Shown: positions 7,187 to 16,989 of the stretch, piece after piece | Layout of the letters: each line of letters begins with the position of its first letter | Numbering within the stretch: the stretch's first letter is position 1 | Origin: a virus | Lineage: Duplodnaviria; Caudoviricetes | IMG/VR virus record: IMGVR_UViG_3300020575_000002 | Location: 1-30,817 of that record | Reading direction: 5' to 3' (one strand) | DNA length: 30,817 bases | Program-made: the position numbers and the translations under genes | The notes under the pieces: model-generated | What the model saw: the letters and a program-made list of their open reading frames with translations, nothing else | What the model was told of the DNA's origin: nothing | The model's database searches: none

Positions 7187-9358
7187 TTAAGGTCCTGTTA
7201 CACTACACACTCCAAGTGTATTAATAAAATAAATTCTAAAATTTACTAAATTTTCACTTTGAATCTTATACCACGCATTTCCACCATTAAAAGGTACACT
7301 GCAATATCTATCTGTATAAGCCCTTGCTTTAGTAAAAGATGTTGTTGAATTACCTAAAACATAAACAATGTTATCAGTTAAAGGAGCGGCATTTGCAGCT
7401 CCATTTGTAGATTGTGGAGCAGACCTTTTTACTGGATAAGGTTCACCTTGTGTTTCTATTGTATATTTAATATCAATAGTAGTTTCATCATTATTAAGTT
7501 CCAACTCTAATAAAGTACAAGCAATATCATTATTAACTAAATCTATTGTAGCGTTGCCTAATATATAAGGCTTATTTTGAACTGAATTTGTTGTATCTAA
7601 ATCATCTATTTTTATTCTAATTCCTGAACTAAATCTTTCTACATCTATTGGACTTAATCCTTGAAAAGTAGAATCAACATTAATTAAGTTCTTAATTAAA
7701 GAATTTGAATACTCATTAATAATTAGTTCAGTTAAACTTCTATATATAATGCTTGAATATCTTTGATTGTACCAATTAAATAAATTATTACCAGAACTAT
7801 CGCATAAAAAACCTCTATAATAGTATTGACCATTAACTATTGAATTAAACCCATATGGTAAATCTAAATCGTAAACATATTCATTAGAATCAGTAAAATA
7901 TGAATCAATTTTAACATTTGTCAATCTTTGTGTTACACTAATTTTAAAATCATTAAGTTCAACCCAATCATTACTTTCAGAACCTTGAACTGTACCAATA
8001 TAGAATTGTATTGTTAAACTTGAAGTAAATGGAACTCTAATACAAGAAACAGTTTGAGTACCTTTTAAATTAGGCGAATAAGGGATAGGATAATAATAAG
8101 AACTTCCAGATAAAATATTAGACCATTCTTCATTTTGATTCCAAAAATATCCATTGTCAAGCATAATTTTAACATACATTACATTAGTAGGTATGCCACT
8201 ACCTCCAGATTGAACAATACTAAAACTTACATCAAAATTATCTAAAAATTGAACAGTTGGTAAATTAGTTGGCGAAACCCAAGCATAAGATGCAGTTCCA
8301 TTTTCCTTGTATAATAAATATGAGTTTAATTTTGCTTCAAGATATGGTTTAATAAATAATTGAGAAGTCGCACCACTAAATTGAGCATCCCAACCAGTAG
8401 CTATATTACCAACGTATTCTTTTAAATCATAGTTAGTAATGTAATTATCAGGGTAATCAATATCTTTATCAATTCTAACTTTATTAAATCCTTTTTTTAA
8501 TATCTTAAATTGGCTATTGTCTACAAAATAAGCACCAGATGTATTTGCCGAATAACCTTGTATTGTTAATGTTTCGTTTCTTGTTCCAAATGAAACAATA
8601 GAAGAAGCAGCATTGTAAATTGTATAATAATATGAATTTTGTGCAAACTCATTTAATGGAACTATAAACCACATTCCTTCAGCTTGAAAGAACCTACAAC
8701 CAAATGACTTAGAGAAATCTCGTATTAAATCAAGGCAGTTTATTGTTTCTAAGTTATTATCTAATAATGTTGAATATCTAACATAAGTTTGGTTCAAAGG
8801 CTCATTGCTTCCTAATGTTGCTCTATTAGCCATACCATTAGCAAAATAACTAATTCCAGATAATAGGTTTAATGAAGTAGGGAATTGTATGTAATCTAAA
8901 CACTCTAAAATTACTTCAAGTGCTTTTTTTCTACTAATTAAATAATAAGAAACAGGCATTTCATACTTAATACTTTCAAGCATACCTAAACCATCAATAG
9001 CATTAAAAGCTAATTCTTTTCTACCTGTTGTAAATGATATGTCTACACTATCACTTAAAGACCAACCTTGCCATTCTAAAGTTTCTCCGTAAAATAATTT
9101 TACAAGATACTTTCTATCATCTAAAGTAGCAAAATTTGGCATATCAGCCACATTATCGGTTACATCTATACCAACACTTAATTGACTAACTACAATAGGC
9201 TCATAAATATCATCACTCTTAGGTATATATTCTAAACTTATATTTAAACCATCGTATTCAATAAGATCACCTGCATATGAATCTTCAAGTAAGTGAACGT
9301 ATGAAATAACACCAGATTTACTTGCAAATGTTATTTTGTATTTTAAATTGTATGCCAT
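7187..9358 (-). CDS. Tail tip / baseplate hub-type structural protein
   Basis: 723 aa immediately after the TMP; LEWQGW, AIDGLGML and FGCRFFQAEGMWFI motifs; synteny. Confidence 0.65.
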   Translation of the reverse strand: MAYNLKYKITFASKSGVISYVHLLEDSYAGDLIEYDGLNISLEYIPKSDDIYEPIVVSQLSVGIDVTDNVADMPNFATLDDRKYLVKLFYGETLEWQGWSLSDSVDISFTTGRKELAFNAIDGLGMLESIKYEMPVSYYLISRKKALEVILECLDYIQFPTSLNLLSGISYFANGMANRATLGSNEPLNQTYVRYSTLLDNNLETINCLDLIRDFSKSFGCRFFQAEGMWFIVPLNEFAQNSYYYTIYNAASSIVSFGTRNETLTIQGYSANTSGAYFVDNSQFKILKKGFNKVRIDKDIDYPDNYITNYDLKEYVGNIATGWDAQFSGATSQLFIKPYLEAKLNSYLLYKENGTASYAWVSPTNLPTVQFLDNFDVSFSIVQSGGSGIPTNVMYVKIMLDNGYFWNQNEEWSNILSGSSYYYPIPYSPNLKGTQTVSCIRVPFTSSLTIQFYIGTVQGSESNDWVELNDFKISVTQRLTNVKIDSYFTDSNEYVYDLDLPYGFNSIVNGQYYYRGFLCDSSGNNLFNWYNQRYSSIIYRSLTELIINEYSNSLIKNLINVDSTFQGLSPIDVERFSSGIRIKIDDLDTTNSVQNKPYILGNATIDLVNNDIACTLLELELNNDETTIDIKYTIETQGEPYPVKRSAPQSTNGAANAAPLTDNIVYVLGNSTTSFTKARAYTDRYCSVPFNGGNAWYKIQSENLVNFRIYFINTLGVCSVTGP

Positions 9359-11184
9359 TATATTCCACGTCTTAAATTAAGTGATGAATTAGAACGTTGT
9401 AAAGCTAATACTAAATCATTTCCTTTTAGCACAAATTGACCATTTTGTCCCATACTATTACCTGACATTGAACCAGCATTAAATGAAGATTGCATTATGT
9501 TTCCAAGTTTGCTTAATGGTAACACCGCCTCGCTTTCGCTTCCCTCTCCAATCATTGCTAATGTTGGACCAGTTGCAATTCCACCATCTGCCAACCCAAG
9601 TAAACTTTTAAATGCAGTAAAAAATGAAACACCGCCTCCTGCAACATTTGAAGCACCACCACTCAATAATGACATAACACCAGCAAATGCAGCTGCTTGA
9701 ACTAATGATTCTGCTATACTTCTTGCCAATCTACCAAACATTTGACCCAATGCATCACCAAGAGATAAGCCTTGTTGCATTGCATCAACCATTCCAAATA
9801 TAGCACCTGTTACATTTTGTGAAATGTTTTGTGCAAATTCGCTATATCTATCATTTAAATCTTTTAATCTCTTTTTATCTGCTTCATCTTGTTTATTTCT
9901 TGCTTTTGCATCTTTCATTAATAAAGCACCTAATCCTGTATTGTTAGATTCTTCTGTTAAATCTTTAGCCTGTTTTTCAAAGAAACTTTTTCTTTTATCT
10001 TCTTCTTTAATTGCATTTAGATCATATACATCTAAAATAGGTCTAAGATCAAGTTTATTAAACTTTTCTCTTAAAGCCTTCATCTTGGCTAACTCTAAAG
10101 TAAGTGCTTTATTTTCTTCTCTTGCATAGTTTACAACAGGAGAATTATTTGGGTCAGGTGTTTCAATATCTGTTAAAGTAGTAACTAATTCTAAATTTTT
10201 AGATTTTGCAGTTGCTATAACAGAATTTAAAGAATCTAATAATGGTTTATTTCTTTTTTCAATTACTGATTTTTGGCTTTCAACAGATATAACTTTTCCA
10301 CCAAAATCACCAATACCTCCACTTGATACAGTAATAGGTTTTAAAGCACCTATTTCATTTTTTTGTTGTGCTAATATTTTTGCACGTTCAGCGTATGCAG
10401 AAGATAGAATTTGTTGTGTATTTTTTTCTTTACCAGCTGCATCTTCTTGTATTGCAGCTACATTAACTAAATGTACTAAATATGCTTTATCTGTTTGAAT
10501 TGTAGCATCCTTTATAGCTTTATTATCAGAATATAAATTCTTTAGTCTTTTTAGTGCTTCTTCTTGACTTTTTGTATCGCCACCTGCAATAATATTAACT
10601 AAGTTTAAACCAACAGTTCTGTTTGATTGAGCCTCTCCAACTATTTTATAAATATCTTGGTTTAACTTGTTTAGTTCTTCTCTAAAAGTCTTTAATTTAT
10701 CAGTTGGACCTTTAAAGAATTCAGATATTTCTTTACTAAATGTAACTGCTAAAGAAGATACAACACCTAAAGCAATACCTATACCAGCAGGACCAGCTAA
10801 ACCTGCAACCATTGATTTCAATGCATTTGCAGAACTGCCAGTTTCTTTTTGTAATCTTTGGAACGATTCTAATAAAGGGTTTAAGTTATTCGCAATACCT
10901 ATAAATCCATAAGGAGCATCTTGAGCAACCCTTGATAAGTTTGATAAAGCATTAGTTGCATCTCCAACAGGTCTACCAACGCTATTCATCCTAGTATTTA
11001 ATTGGGTAATAGCGCCACTTACATAGCCAATTTTTGAAGTTAATTTATCTATTTCTCCAACATCAACTGACTTCTTTAATGCAGATTGTAATTTCTTAAG
11101 TAAATTTTCGGCTTTGATTAATTCAGCACCTAAATCTTCTGTTTTAGCACCGATATTAATTTGTATATCTAAAATTTCTGCCAT
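9358..11184 (-). CDS. Tail tape measure protein
   Basis: A/G/L-rich helical protein; QDAPYG..GIANNL motif; C-terminal LADGGIATGPTLAMIGE; follows the tail chaperones. Confidence 0.9.
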   Translation of the reverse strand: MAEILDIQINIGAKTEDLGAELIKAENLLKKLQSALKKSVDVGEIDKLTSKIGYVSGAITQLNTRMNSVGRPVGDATNALSNLSRVAQDAPYGFIGIANNLNPLLESFQRLQKETGSSANALKSMVAGLAGPAGIGIALGVVSSLAVTFSKEISEFFKGPTDKLKTFREELNKLNQDIYKIVGEAQSNRTVGLNLVNIIAGGDTKSQEEALKRLKNLYSDNKAIKDATIQTDKAYLVHLVNVAAIQEDAAGKEKNTQQILSSAYAERAKILAQQKNEIGALKPITVSSGGIGDFGGKVISVESQKSVIEKRNKPLLDSLNSVIATAKSKNLELVTTLTDIETPDPNNSPVVNYAREENKALTLELAKMKALREKFNKLDLRPILDVYDLNAIKEEDKRKSFFEKQAKDLTEESNNTGLGALLMKDAKARNKQDEADKKRLKDLNDRYSEFAQNISQNVTGAIFGMVDAMQQGLSLGDALGQMFGRLARSIAESLVQAAAFAGVMSLLSGGASNVAGGGVSFFTAFKSLLGLADGGIATGPTLAMIGEGSESEAVLPLSKLGNIMQSSFNAGSMSGNSMGQNGQFVLKGNDLVLALQRSNSSLNLRRGI

Positions 11185-11189
11185 CTTTA

Positions 11190-11519
11190 TTAATTTACTC
11201 CGTACAATTTAAGTGTTCTTGCTAGTTGTTCATCAGTTATTAAGACCCTTTCCTCATCAACATCTGCCTCATCTAAATCTGGAATACTCCAAAAAGCCTT
11301 CATACTTTTAGGATTTTTCTCGGTTGTGGAACTTAGATATACAATATAGGCAAGGTTTCTAGTCCTTGCCCATTCGTTTAACTCGTTTCTTTCCTTACCT
11401 AAAACGATAATGGAAAAGTCCTTCCAAGTCATATCCCAAAATTCATTTGGTCGTATTCCGCACTCCGCAGCCTTAACTAGAATATCATCCCAGCTTAGCT
11501 TTGTTAGGCTTTTTTTTTT
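11190..11519 (-). CDS. Tail assembly chaperone T-portion (expressed by frameshift from the upstream gene)
   Basis: Frame is open upstream of the ATG at 11432: KKKSLTKLSWDDILVKAAECGIRPNEFWDMTWKDF; the gpT-like GIxPxEFWDMT motif begins before the first Met. Confidence 0.75.
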   Translation of the reverse strand, partial: KKKSLTKLSWDDILVKAAECGIRPNEFWDMTWKDFSIIVLGKERNELNEWARTRNLAYIVYLSSTTEKNPKSMKAFWSIPDLDEADVDEERVLITDEQLARTLKLYGVN

Positions 11520-11859
11520 CTTCTTCCTTTTTTACACCTGTAATGGTGTGGACTGTATTCTCAACGATATATTTTATATAGTCAATAATTTGACCTTCTT
11601 CGCTAAAAATAGAACCCACTTCATCAATCCATTCACAAGCATCATCAATAGAGTACGCAACCTCTTGTTTATTACTTACACAAGCAGATTTGTAACCAAT
11701 GTAAACAAGCTGGACTATTATGTCTAAACTTGTTTGAGCCGTTGAAAGAACTTTAAAGTACTCATCAATACCGATATTGTTTTGTTTAGTAAACTCACGC
11801 ATTGCCCAAGTACCCCACTTTAGGTGGATTGTGTTGTTGTTAGTCTTTAATTGAAACAT
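11485..11859 (-). CDS. Tail assembly chaperone (gpG-like)
   Basis: Lies between tail tube and TMP; ends EEEKKKPNKAKLG over an A10 run. Confidence 0.8.
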   Translation of the reverse strand: MFQLKTNNNTIHLKWGTWAMREFTKQNNIGIDEYFKVLSTAQTSLDIIVQLVYIGYKSACVSNKQEVAYSIDDACEWIDEVGSIFSEEGQIIDYIKYIVENTVHTITGVKKEEEKKKPNKAKLG

Positions 11860-11872
11860 AGTTTTTTATTTA

Positions 11873-12325
11873 TTATGCTTGTTCAGTTTGTGTAATAGGA
11901 GGAACACTTACTACCAAAGTTGCAGTAAATTTAACATCATCCTTATCAGCAGCATTAACATTAAAGTTGCTAATAAAAACTAAACTTGTAGGAGTTCCGC
12001 CATAATAAACATCTCCAGTTGTAGGAACTGCTTTACCCATCTTAATTGCAAATAAAGTCTTTGCAGCGTGAGCATCGTATAATTGTTGGTAACTATCTTT
12101 AGATGGAGTTCCTGTTTCATCAATCGCAAAACCTTCACACTCAAAAGATTGATTGAATGAAGGACTTGGAGTGTATTGATCTCCACATTTAGAAGTTGCA
12201 TCAATCGTTCCTAAAGTTGATGTCAAAGAGTTGGTAGTCAAACAAGCAATAGGCTTGTATGTTCCGTCATTGTTGATGTCAGCTAAGAGGATATAATCTC
12301 TTGCGCCTACTTTTGTTTCTGCCAT
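11873..12325 (-). CDS. Major tail tube protein
   Basis: IACLTTNSL..T...IDATSKC, FECEGF and DVKFTATL motifs; position after the tail terminator. Confidence 0.85.
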   Translation of the reverse strand: MAETKVGARDYILLADINNDGTYKPIACLTTNSLTSTLGTIDATSKCGDQYTPSPSFNQSFECEGFAIDETGTPSKDSYQQLYDAHAAKTLFAIKMGKAVPTTGDVYYGGTPTSLVFISNFNVNAADKDDVKFTATLVVSVPPITQTEQA

Positions 12326-12336
12326 TTTATTTTATT

Positions 12337-12744
12337 TTAATTTTGAGTTATTATTATGTTATATGTTATTAATACTCTAAAAACGTTATCTAAAGGGTTT
12401 AAGCCGTCTAAGTTTCTTACACTTTCAACACTTAAACTTGATGCAGTAAATCCGTTTGCCAATGTTATATTGGTGTCAGAATTTATTGCGTTCAAGACTA
12501 AATCGCTTATAGCTTCAGCACGTTTATAACCAAAGTTAGCATTTTTTGTAATAATATCAACTGTGATGCTAATACTATTTGTATAACCTGCTTTGCCTTG
12601 ATCTTGGCTTGAAGTTCTACCTGTCATAACAATATACTCATCACCAGCACCTTCAGGAGCAAAACCATCATATACAACCAAACTACTCGCACTTGTCAAG
12701 TTAGTATAAAACCACTTCTTTATCTCAATATTAGGATTTAACAT
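12337..12744 (-). CDS. Tail completion/terminator protein
   Basis: VYDGFAP..YIVM motif and synteny; ATG at 12744 preferred over TTG at 12750. Confidence 0.75.
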   Translation of the reverse strand: MLNPNIEIKKWFYTNLTSASSLVVYDGFAPEGAGDEYIVMTGRTSSQDQGKAGYTNSISITVDIITKNANFGYKRAEAISDLVLNAINSDTNITLANGFTASSLSVESVRNLDGLNPLDNVFRVLITYNIIITQN

Positions 12745-13273
12745 TTTCAATTACTTTTTTTATGTTATTTATCATCTTTGGCTTTTCTGTTTCAAAAGCT
12801 GGTATTAAAAATGGTTGTGGTCGAATACCTTTTCTTAATATGTTAATAGCTATTGCATAAGCAATCGACTTATCGTTACCTCCACCAATTCCTTTTCTTC
12901 TAACCCATAAAGTCAAAGCCTCAACCATATCTTTAAAAGTACCTGCCTTTTTCCCTTTAAATCCACTTGCTAACTCCTCAAATCCAGCAGGGATGCTTAC
13001 TTTTCCACCCGTTCCAAACTCTATATAAGGAGCATAAGAAGCACTTGCGCCAATAGTAAAAACAAATCCTTTATCTACATTTTTTTCTTTTAGGTAAATG
13101 CTATTTCTTAATTGACCCATATTTACAGGTGCTAATCTTTTAGCTCCAGATTGAATGTTTAATGCAGATGCGTTTACTTCATTCTTTACATCTTCTTGCA
13201 CTTTTTTATCAAAAGATTGTAGTTTGCCTAAAACTTCAGATATGTTTACTATATCAAATGTAAATCCACCCAT
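12731..13273 (-). CDS. HK97 gp10-family neck/tail protein
   Basis: AKRLAPVNMGQLRNSI, YAPYIEFGT, PQPFLIPAFE. Confidence 0.9.
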   Translation of the reverse strand: MGGFTFDIVNISEVLGKLQSFDKKVQEDVKNEVNASALNIQSGAKRLAPVNMGQLRNSIYLKEKNVDKGFVFTIGASASYAPYIEFGTGGKVSIPAGFEELASGFKGKKAGTFKDMVEALTLWVRRKGIGGGNDKSIAYAIAINILRKGIRPQPFLIPAFETEKPKMINNIKKVIENVKS

Positions 13274-13614
13274 TATCTGTAAATTATTAACTCCAAGAAC
13301 CTATTTTGATTCTCTACGTTCTTAATTGAATGTATCGTATATCTTGAACCTTCAACATCAACCTCGTAGGAATTATTGATGTTAACGCCAAAACGAATAT
13401 AAAGCCTGTTCCTTTGGTCAAATTGTAATTCTGACTGATCTATCTCACGAACTTGATTATCTGGTCTTAAATCGCCCCAAACTGTGCTTTGTAGGGCAAA
13501 TGTCGTAGTGAACCCACCTTGACCATCACTTGTCCTTGTTGGAGCATAGATTAAGACTTCACGAGTCATCGTGTTGGCATCAACGTAGTTTGCTTTCGCT
13601 TTTCCTAACTTCAT
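13273..13614 (-). CDS. Head closure / head-tail adaptor (SPP1 gp16-like)
   Basis: SDGQGGF..VWG, YIRF, YTIHSIKN; ATG at 13614 avoids overlap with the upstream gene. Confidence 0.85.
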   Translation of the reverse strand: MKLGKAKANYVDANTMTREVLIYAPTRTSDGQGGFTTTFALQSTVWGDLRPDNQVREIDQSELQFDQRNRLYIRFGVNINNSYEVDVEGSRYTIHSIKNVENQNRFLELIIYR

Positions 13615-13615
13615 A

Positions 13616-14158
13616 TTATAAAATTGGGGATATTCTTGTCCATCTTTGACACGCTTTCCAAGACTTCTCACAAATACCTGAATCGCCATCTAATCCTCTA
13701 TTCTCGTAATCGTAGCTGATTTGATCTAATATAGCTAATTTAAGGTCTTTAGGGATAGTTGTGTAACCAGCCTCATAAGTAGCCTTTAAGTTGGCATATC
13801 TTGGAGATGATAGTTTTGGGAACTCATTACCTATTAATTGTAGGTTAGGTGTTGTAATCTCTAAACCATCTTGCTCCATATCAAACAACTCAAACGTATC
13901 AATGTCAACTGGTCCGAAAGGAATATCAAAGTTCCCACTAATATTGTTGAAATATGTAGTGATGTCTTTTGGGATTAAACTCAATCCTGTTGCCACTTCA
14001 ATAGCTTCTCTTGCTTGTGTAATCATCAAAGTAATCAAGGTATCTTCAGCGTTTGTTGTAACACGGCAATATAATTTTGCTTCTGCTAAAGTAACTGGCT
14101 CTACTATTGGTGCAACAGGAACGGCACTAAAGTCATTAATATAATTAGAATAAGACAT
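13616..14158 (-). CDS. Head-tail connector protein (HK97 gp6-like)
   Basis: EPVTLAEAKLYCRV...EDTLI..MITQAREAIE; YEAGY..IPKDLKLAIL...YENRG. Confidence 0.9.
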   Translation of the reverse strand: MSYSNYINDFSAVPVAPIVEPVTLAEAKLYCRVTTNAEDTLITLMITQAREAIEVATGLSLIPKDITTYFNNISGNFDIPFGPVDIDTFELFDMEQDGLEITTPNLQLIGNEFPKLSSPRYANLKATYEAGYTTIPKDLKLAILDQISYDYENRGLDGDSGICEKSWKACQRWTRISPIL

Positions 14159-14170
14159 ATCCTTTTTTTA

Positions 14171-14178
14171 CAAAATTA
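14171..14178 (-). promoter_or_regulatory. -7 promoter box TAATTTTG (neck/tail operon)
   Basis: TAnnTTTG just after the capsid terminator. Confidence 0.6.
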
Positions 14179-14194
14179 CTTAATTTATTCCAAT

Positions 14195-14223
14195 AAAAAA
14201 CCCCCACCGAATTGGCAGGGGTT
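14195..14223 (-). terminator. Intrinsic terminator after the major capsid gene
   Basis: Minus strand AACCCCTGCC-AATTC-GGTGGGGGTT-TTTT. Confidence 0.85.
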
Positions 14224-14244
14224 ATTATTTACTAATCCTTAGAA

Positions 14245-15339
14245 TTAACCTACGTTACCCATATCAGCAAAGATTGCAGATGTAGTCAACATTAAGTTGA
14301 TGTCTTCGTAACACTCAATACGAGCAGTTACCAAGTTCTTTTGGAAGTTCTCGCCATTCTCATAAGAAAACTCGATAGCTAAACCTTCTACTTCAACTCT
14401 CTCTAAGTAGCTTGCGTCAAAAATTAAAACTTTGTCATCAGTTACCCAAGAAGCAGATACAACTGGTACACCCCAGATTGTGATTCCGCCATTAGGGTTT
14501 ACGATAACACTACCAGCACCAGCATAGTAACCAGCAGCGATAGTTGCTTTCAATAAACGACCCATTTGAGTTTGAGATACTAAAGCATAAGAAGGAACAA
14601 AGTTCGCAGTCTTTTGGTTAGCGATATAGTCTACTAATTGTAACAAATCGTTAGTTTCAGCAGTTGTAGTTGAACCAGTTGCAGCAACAGATACAGTAGA
14701 GAAGAACGCAGCGTTCTCAGCCTTGAAGAAATCTCTTTGTAACATTCTTGGTAAAGTTTGAGTCATGAAAGGTAATGACTTCAACATTTGCTTAGAGAAA
14801 GTAGAGAAACCAGCTAAGTAATCGTTTACAACTTTAACTTCAGTCAAAGAGTAGTTGTTCTCACCTTTATCGTTACCTTCAGTTTGAGCAGCGATGTTGT
14901 TAGTCAAACCAGCGTTCTCACGATAGTAAACATACAATCCGCTTTCGCTTCTTACTGTAGGGATCAAATCACGGAAGTTGATGCTTTGAGCAGGTTGGAT
15001 AGCTGGATTTGGAGCATAAGATGCTTGAGCATCACCAGTTAAGTTACCACTTAAAGTCATAGTCTTAACGTCAGATAAATCTAAACGATACTTACCATTG
15101 TTCTTTAAAGACTTCTCCATTGCGTCGAAATTACCATCTAATTTCTCTAAGATAACTTCGTCCATAAATTTAACTTCTTTCTTAGCAGCTTTCTTTTGAG
15201 ATGCTAATTGTCCGTCGATTTGCTTTTGTAACTCGTCTTTTACAACAGTTACTTGTGCAGCCACCTCTTTGATTTGGGCTTCTGCATTAGCTTGAAAACC
15301 TTTAAGGTTCTCAGCCATTTCATTGATTAAATTTTCCAT
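14245..15339 (-). CDS. Major capsid protein (HK97 fold)
   Basis: N-terminal coiled-coil delta domain, FRDLIP, TEGNDK, IWGVPVV, FQKNLVTARIE; strongly biased codon use. Confidence 0.93.
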   Translation of the reverse strand: MENLINEMAENLKGFQANAEAQIKEVAAQVTVVKDELQKQIDGQLASQKKAAKKEVKFMDEVILEKLDGNFDAMEKSLKNNGKYRLDLSDVKTMTLSGNLTGDAQASYAPNPAIQPAQSINFRDLIPTVRSESGLYVYYRENAGLTNNIAAQTEGNDKGENNYSLTEVKVVNDYLAGFSTFSKQMLKSLPFMTQTLPRMLQRDFFKAENAAFFSTVSVAATGSTTTAETNDLLQLVDYIANQKTANFVPSYALVSQTQMGRLLKATIAAGYYAGAGSVIVNPNGGITIWGVPVVSASWVTDDKVLIFDASYLERVEVEGLAIEFSYENGENFQKNLVTARIECYEDINLMLTTSAIFADMGNVG

Positions 15340-15341
15340 TT

Positions 15342-16085
15342 TTACTTTTTAAATAGATTGTTAAATTGTTTAATTGCCTTCAATACTTCTTCATCATTTT
15401 TTTCTTCAACTTCTGGTGTCGGCTCAACTGCTTCAGCGGGTTGAGTGATTGTTTCAGTAATTTCCAAAGCCAATAATTCAGCCTGTATTTGTTTTATTTG
15501 AATCTCCATCAAAGCAAAGGTGTCGTCTGTGAAACTACCACCTCTAAATGCCTTGATTAAGTTTTCTAATCTTATTGATAAGTTTTCTTTAGTTTCTTTG
15601 AACTCACTCTTAAAACCCAACATTGGAGTTTCAGGATTAGCACCCCAAAGAACTGCTGAACCTTCATATAGTTTTAACTCTGTAATTGTACGAACACCAG
15701 TCTTTTGATTTACATCAGACTTTAACGTACTAAAACCGATTGAGTGTTGATTGATTAAACCAGCTTCATATAACTTGATAGCGTCTTCGCCACATTCAGT
15801 TTCTATTAAGTCTGTAACCGCAACAAGCATATCGCCTTCTATGTATAACTCTTTAGGCTTCCCTAAAGTGTGTGCCATATCAGCTTTGTGATCTACTAAA
15901 GACCAAATCATATTTTTGCCTTTTGGTCCACGTTCTTTTATAGTCTTGGTAAACGCTTCAGCAACGATAATATCGCCATCTAAATCAACGTTACCAATCC
16001 TTGACCAACACGCTTTTACTGTTCTTGATTCTGGCTCTATATCCAAAATCATATCATTGTAGCTTTTGTTTTCAATCTTACTCAT
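15342..16085 (-). CDS. Prohead protease (HK97 gp4 / peptidase S78)
   Basis: NVDLDGDII...AFTKT, LVDH, HSIGF, LYEGSAVLWGANP. Confidence 0.93.
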   Translation of the reverse strand: MSKIENKSYNDMILDIEPESRTVKACWSRIGNVDLDGDIIVAEAFTKTIKERGPKGKNMIWSLVDHKADMAHTLGKPKELYIEGDMLVAVTDLIETECGEDAIKLYEAGLINQHSIGFSTLKSDVNQKTGVRTITELKLYEGSAVLWGANPETPMLGFKSEFKETKENLSIRLENLIKAFRGGSFTDDTFALMEIQIKQIQAELLALEITETITQPAEAVEPTPEVEEKNDEEVLKAIKQFNNLFKK

Positions 16086-16089
16086 ATAA

Positions 16090-16097
16090 CAAAGTTA
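16090..16097 (-). promoter_or_regulatory. -7 promoter box TAACTTTG, 4 nt before the ATG
   Basis: TAnnTTTG in an intergenic gap. Confidence 0.65.
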
Positions 16098-16107
16098 TTA
16101 ATTTTTT

Positions 16108-16989
16108 TTAATCTGCTAACAAATCTCTTATTAAATTAGAAATTTGCATTAAAGCCACGTTATTAATTAGATTCCAAACCAACCCCATATCTCCCATAGG
16201 TGGGTTATCCTGTAATCTTTTTGGCTTTCCATCTTCGCCTCTAACCGCTTCATAGCCTAACGTACAACGGCAGTTGATAACATCGCCAGCACTTCCACTT
16301 GGGTCGCAAGGATGTAACATTTGCTCAAAACCTCCGTTTTTAGTCTTAACATTAAATTTTTCATCGTAAGCTACTTTTATTCCGTCCATATGATAATGGT
16401 CAAACTGATCTCTTGGCACTCGTCTTGTTCGGTTATCCCTCGCTGCTATCCATTCTTTCATAGTTACAAGTCCTGTTGATGCCGTACCTACCATTGAGCC
16501 AATATTCGCTGCTCTGCCAGTTTCCGTTCTTGCTATCATCTCTGCTCGGTAGTCCGTTATACCAGCCGTTCTTAATAGTTTGATTGTTTCTTGTAGCGTT
16601 AAACCTTCTTCAACAGACCTTATTAAGTATTGTTGAATTTGGTTTTTAGTTGTTTGAGTTATCTCTGCTGCTATATTATCTAAGCCTTTTAATTCTAAAT
16701 AAGTTAACATCACATAAGTAAATAAATCAGTCTGCTTACTCTTGAACTCCTCTGGTCCGAAATATCCTTTAACCGACTTTGATACGTTCTTCTCCGAAAT
16801 TTGTGCCATCTTAACCCCCATTGCAATATGAAGGTTTTGGATGGTCTTTTTTATCTTCTTGTCGCTTATAGCGTTTAAATCTTGGGTATCGCAATAAGTA
16901 TCTACCTGCCTTTGTAGTTCTTTCTTGAACTTTGGCGAATAGGTTTTTAATGCGTTTGCATACAACTTTTTGTAGTCGCTCCAAATCAT
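16108..16989 (-). CDS. Minor head morphogenesis protein (Mu gpF / SPP1 gp7 family)
   Basis: RAEMIARTETGRA, KEWIAARDNRTR, HYHMDG, DVINCRC. Confidence 0.92.
   Translation of the reverse strand: MIWSDYKKLYANALKTYSPKFKKELQRQVDTYCDTQDLNAISDKKIKKTIQNLHIAMGVKMAQISEKNVSKSVKGYFGPEEFKSKQTDLFTYVMLTYLELKGLDNIAAEITQTTKNQIQQYLIRSVEEGLTLQETIKLLRTAGITDYRAEMIARTETGRAANIGSMVGTASTGLVTMKEWIAARDNRTRRVPRDQFDHYHMDGIKVAYDEKFNVKTKNGGFEQMLHPCDPSGSAGDVINCRCTLGYEAVRGEDGKPKRLQDNPPMGDMGLVWNLINNVALMQISNLIRDLLAD

Noticed and set aside
11485-11490. Idea that the tRNA-like RNA is a quadruplet suppressor causing the +1 chaperone shift at GGA-U
   Set aside because: A UUCC loop would read GGAA rather than GGAU, the RNA looks translation-incompetent, and the A10 run explains the shift more simply.
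11980-12204. 74-aa alternative-frame ORF inside the tail tube gene
   Set aside because: Fully nested, with no motif or initiation signal.
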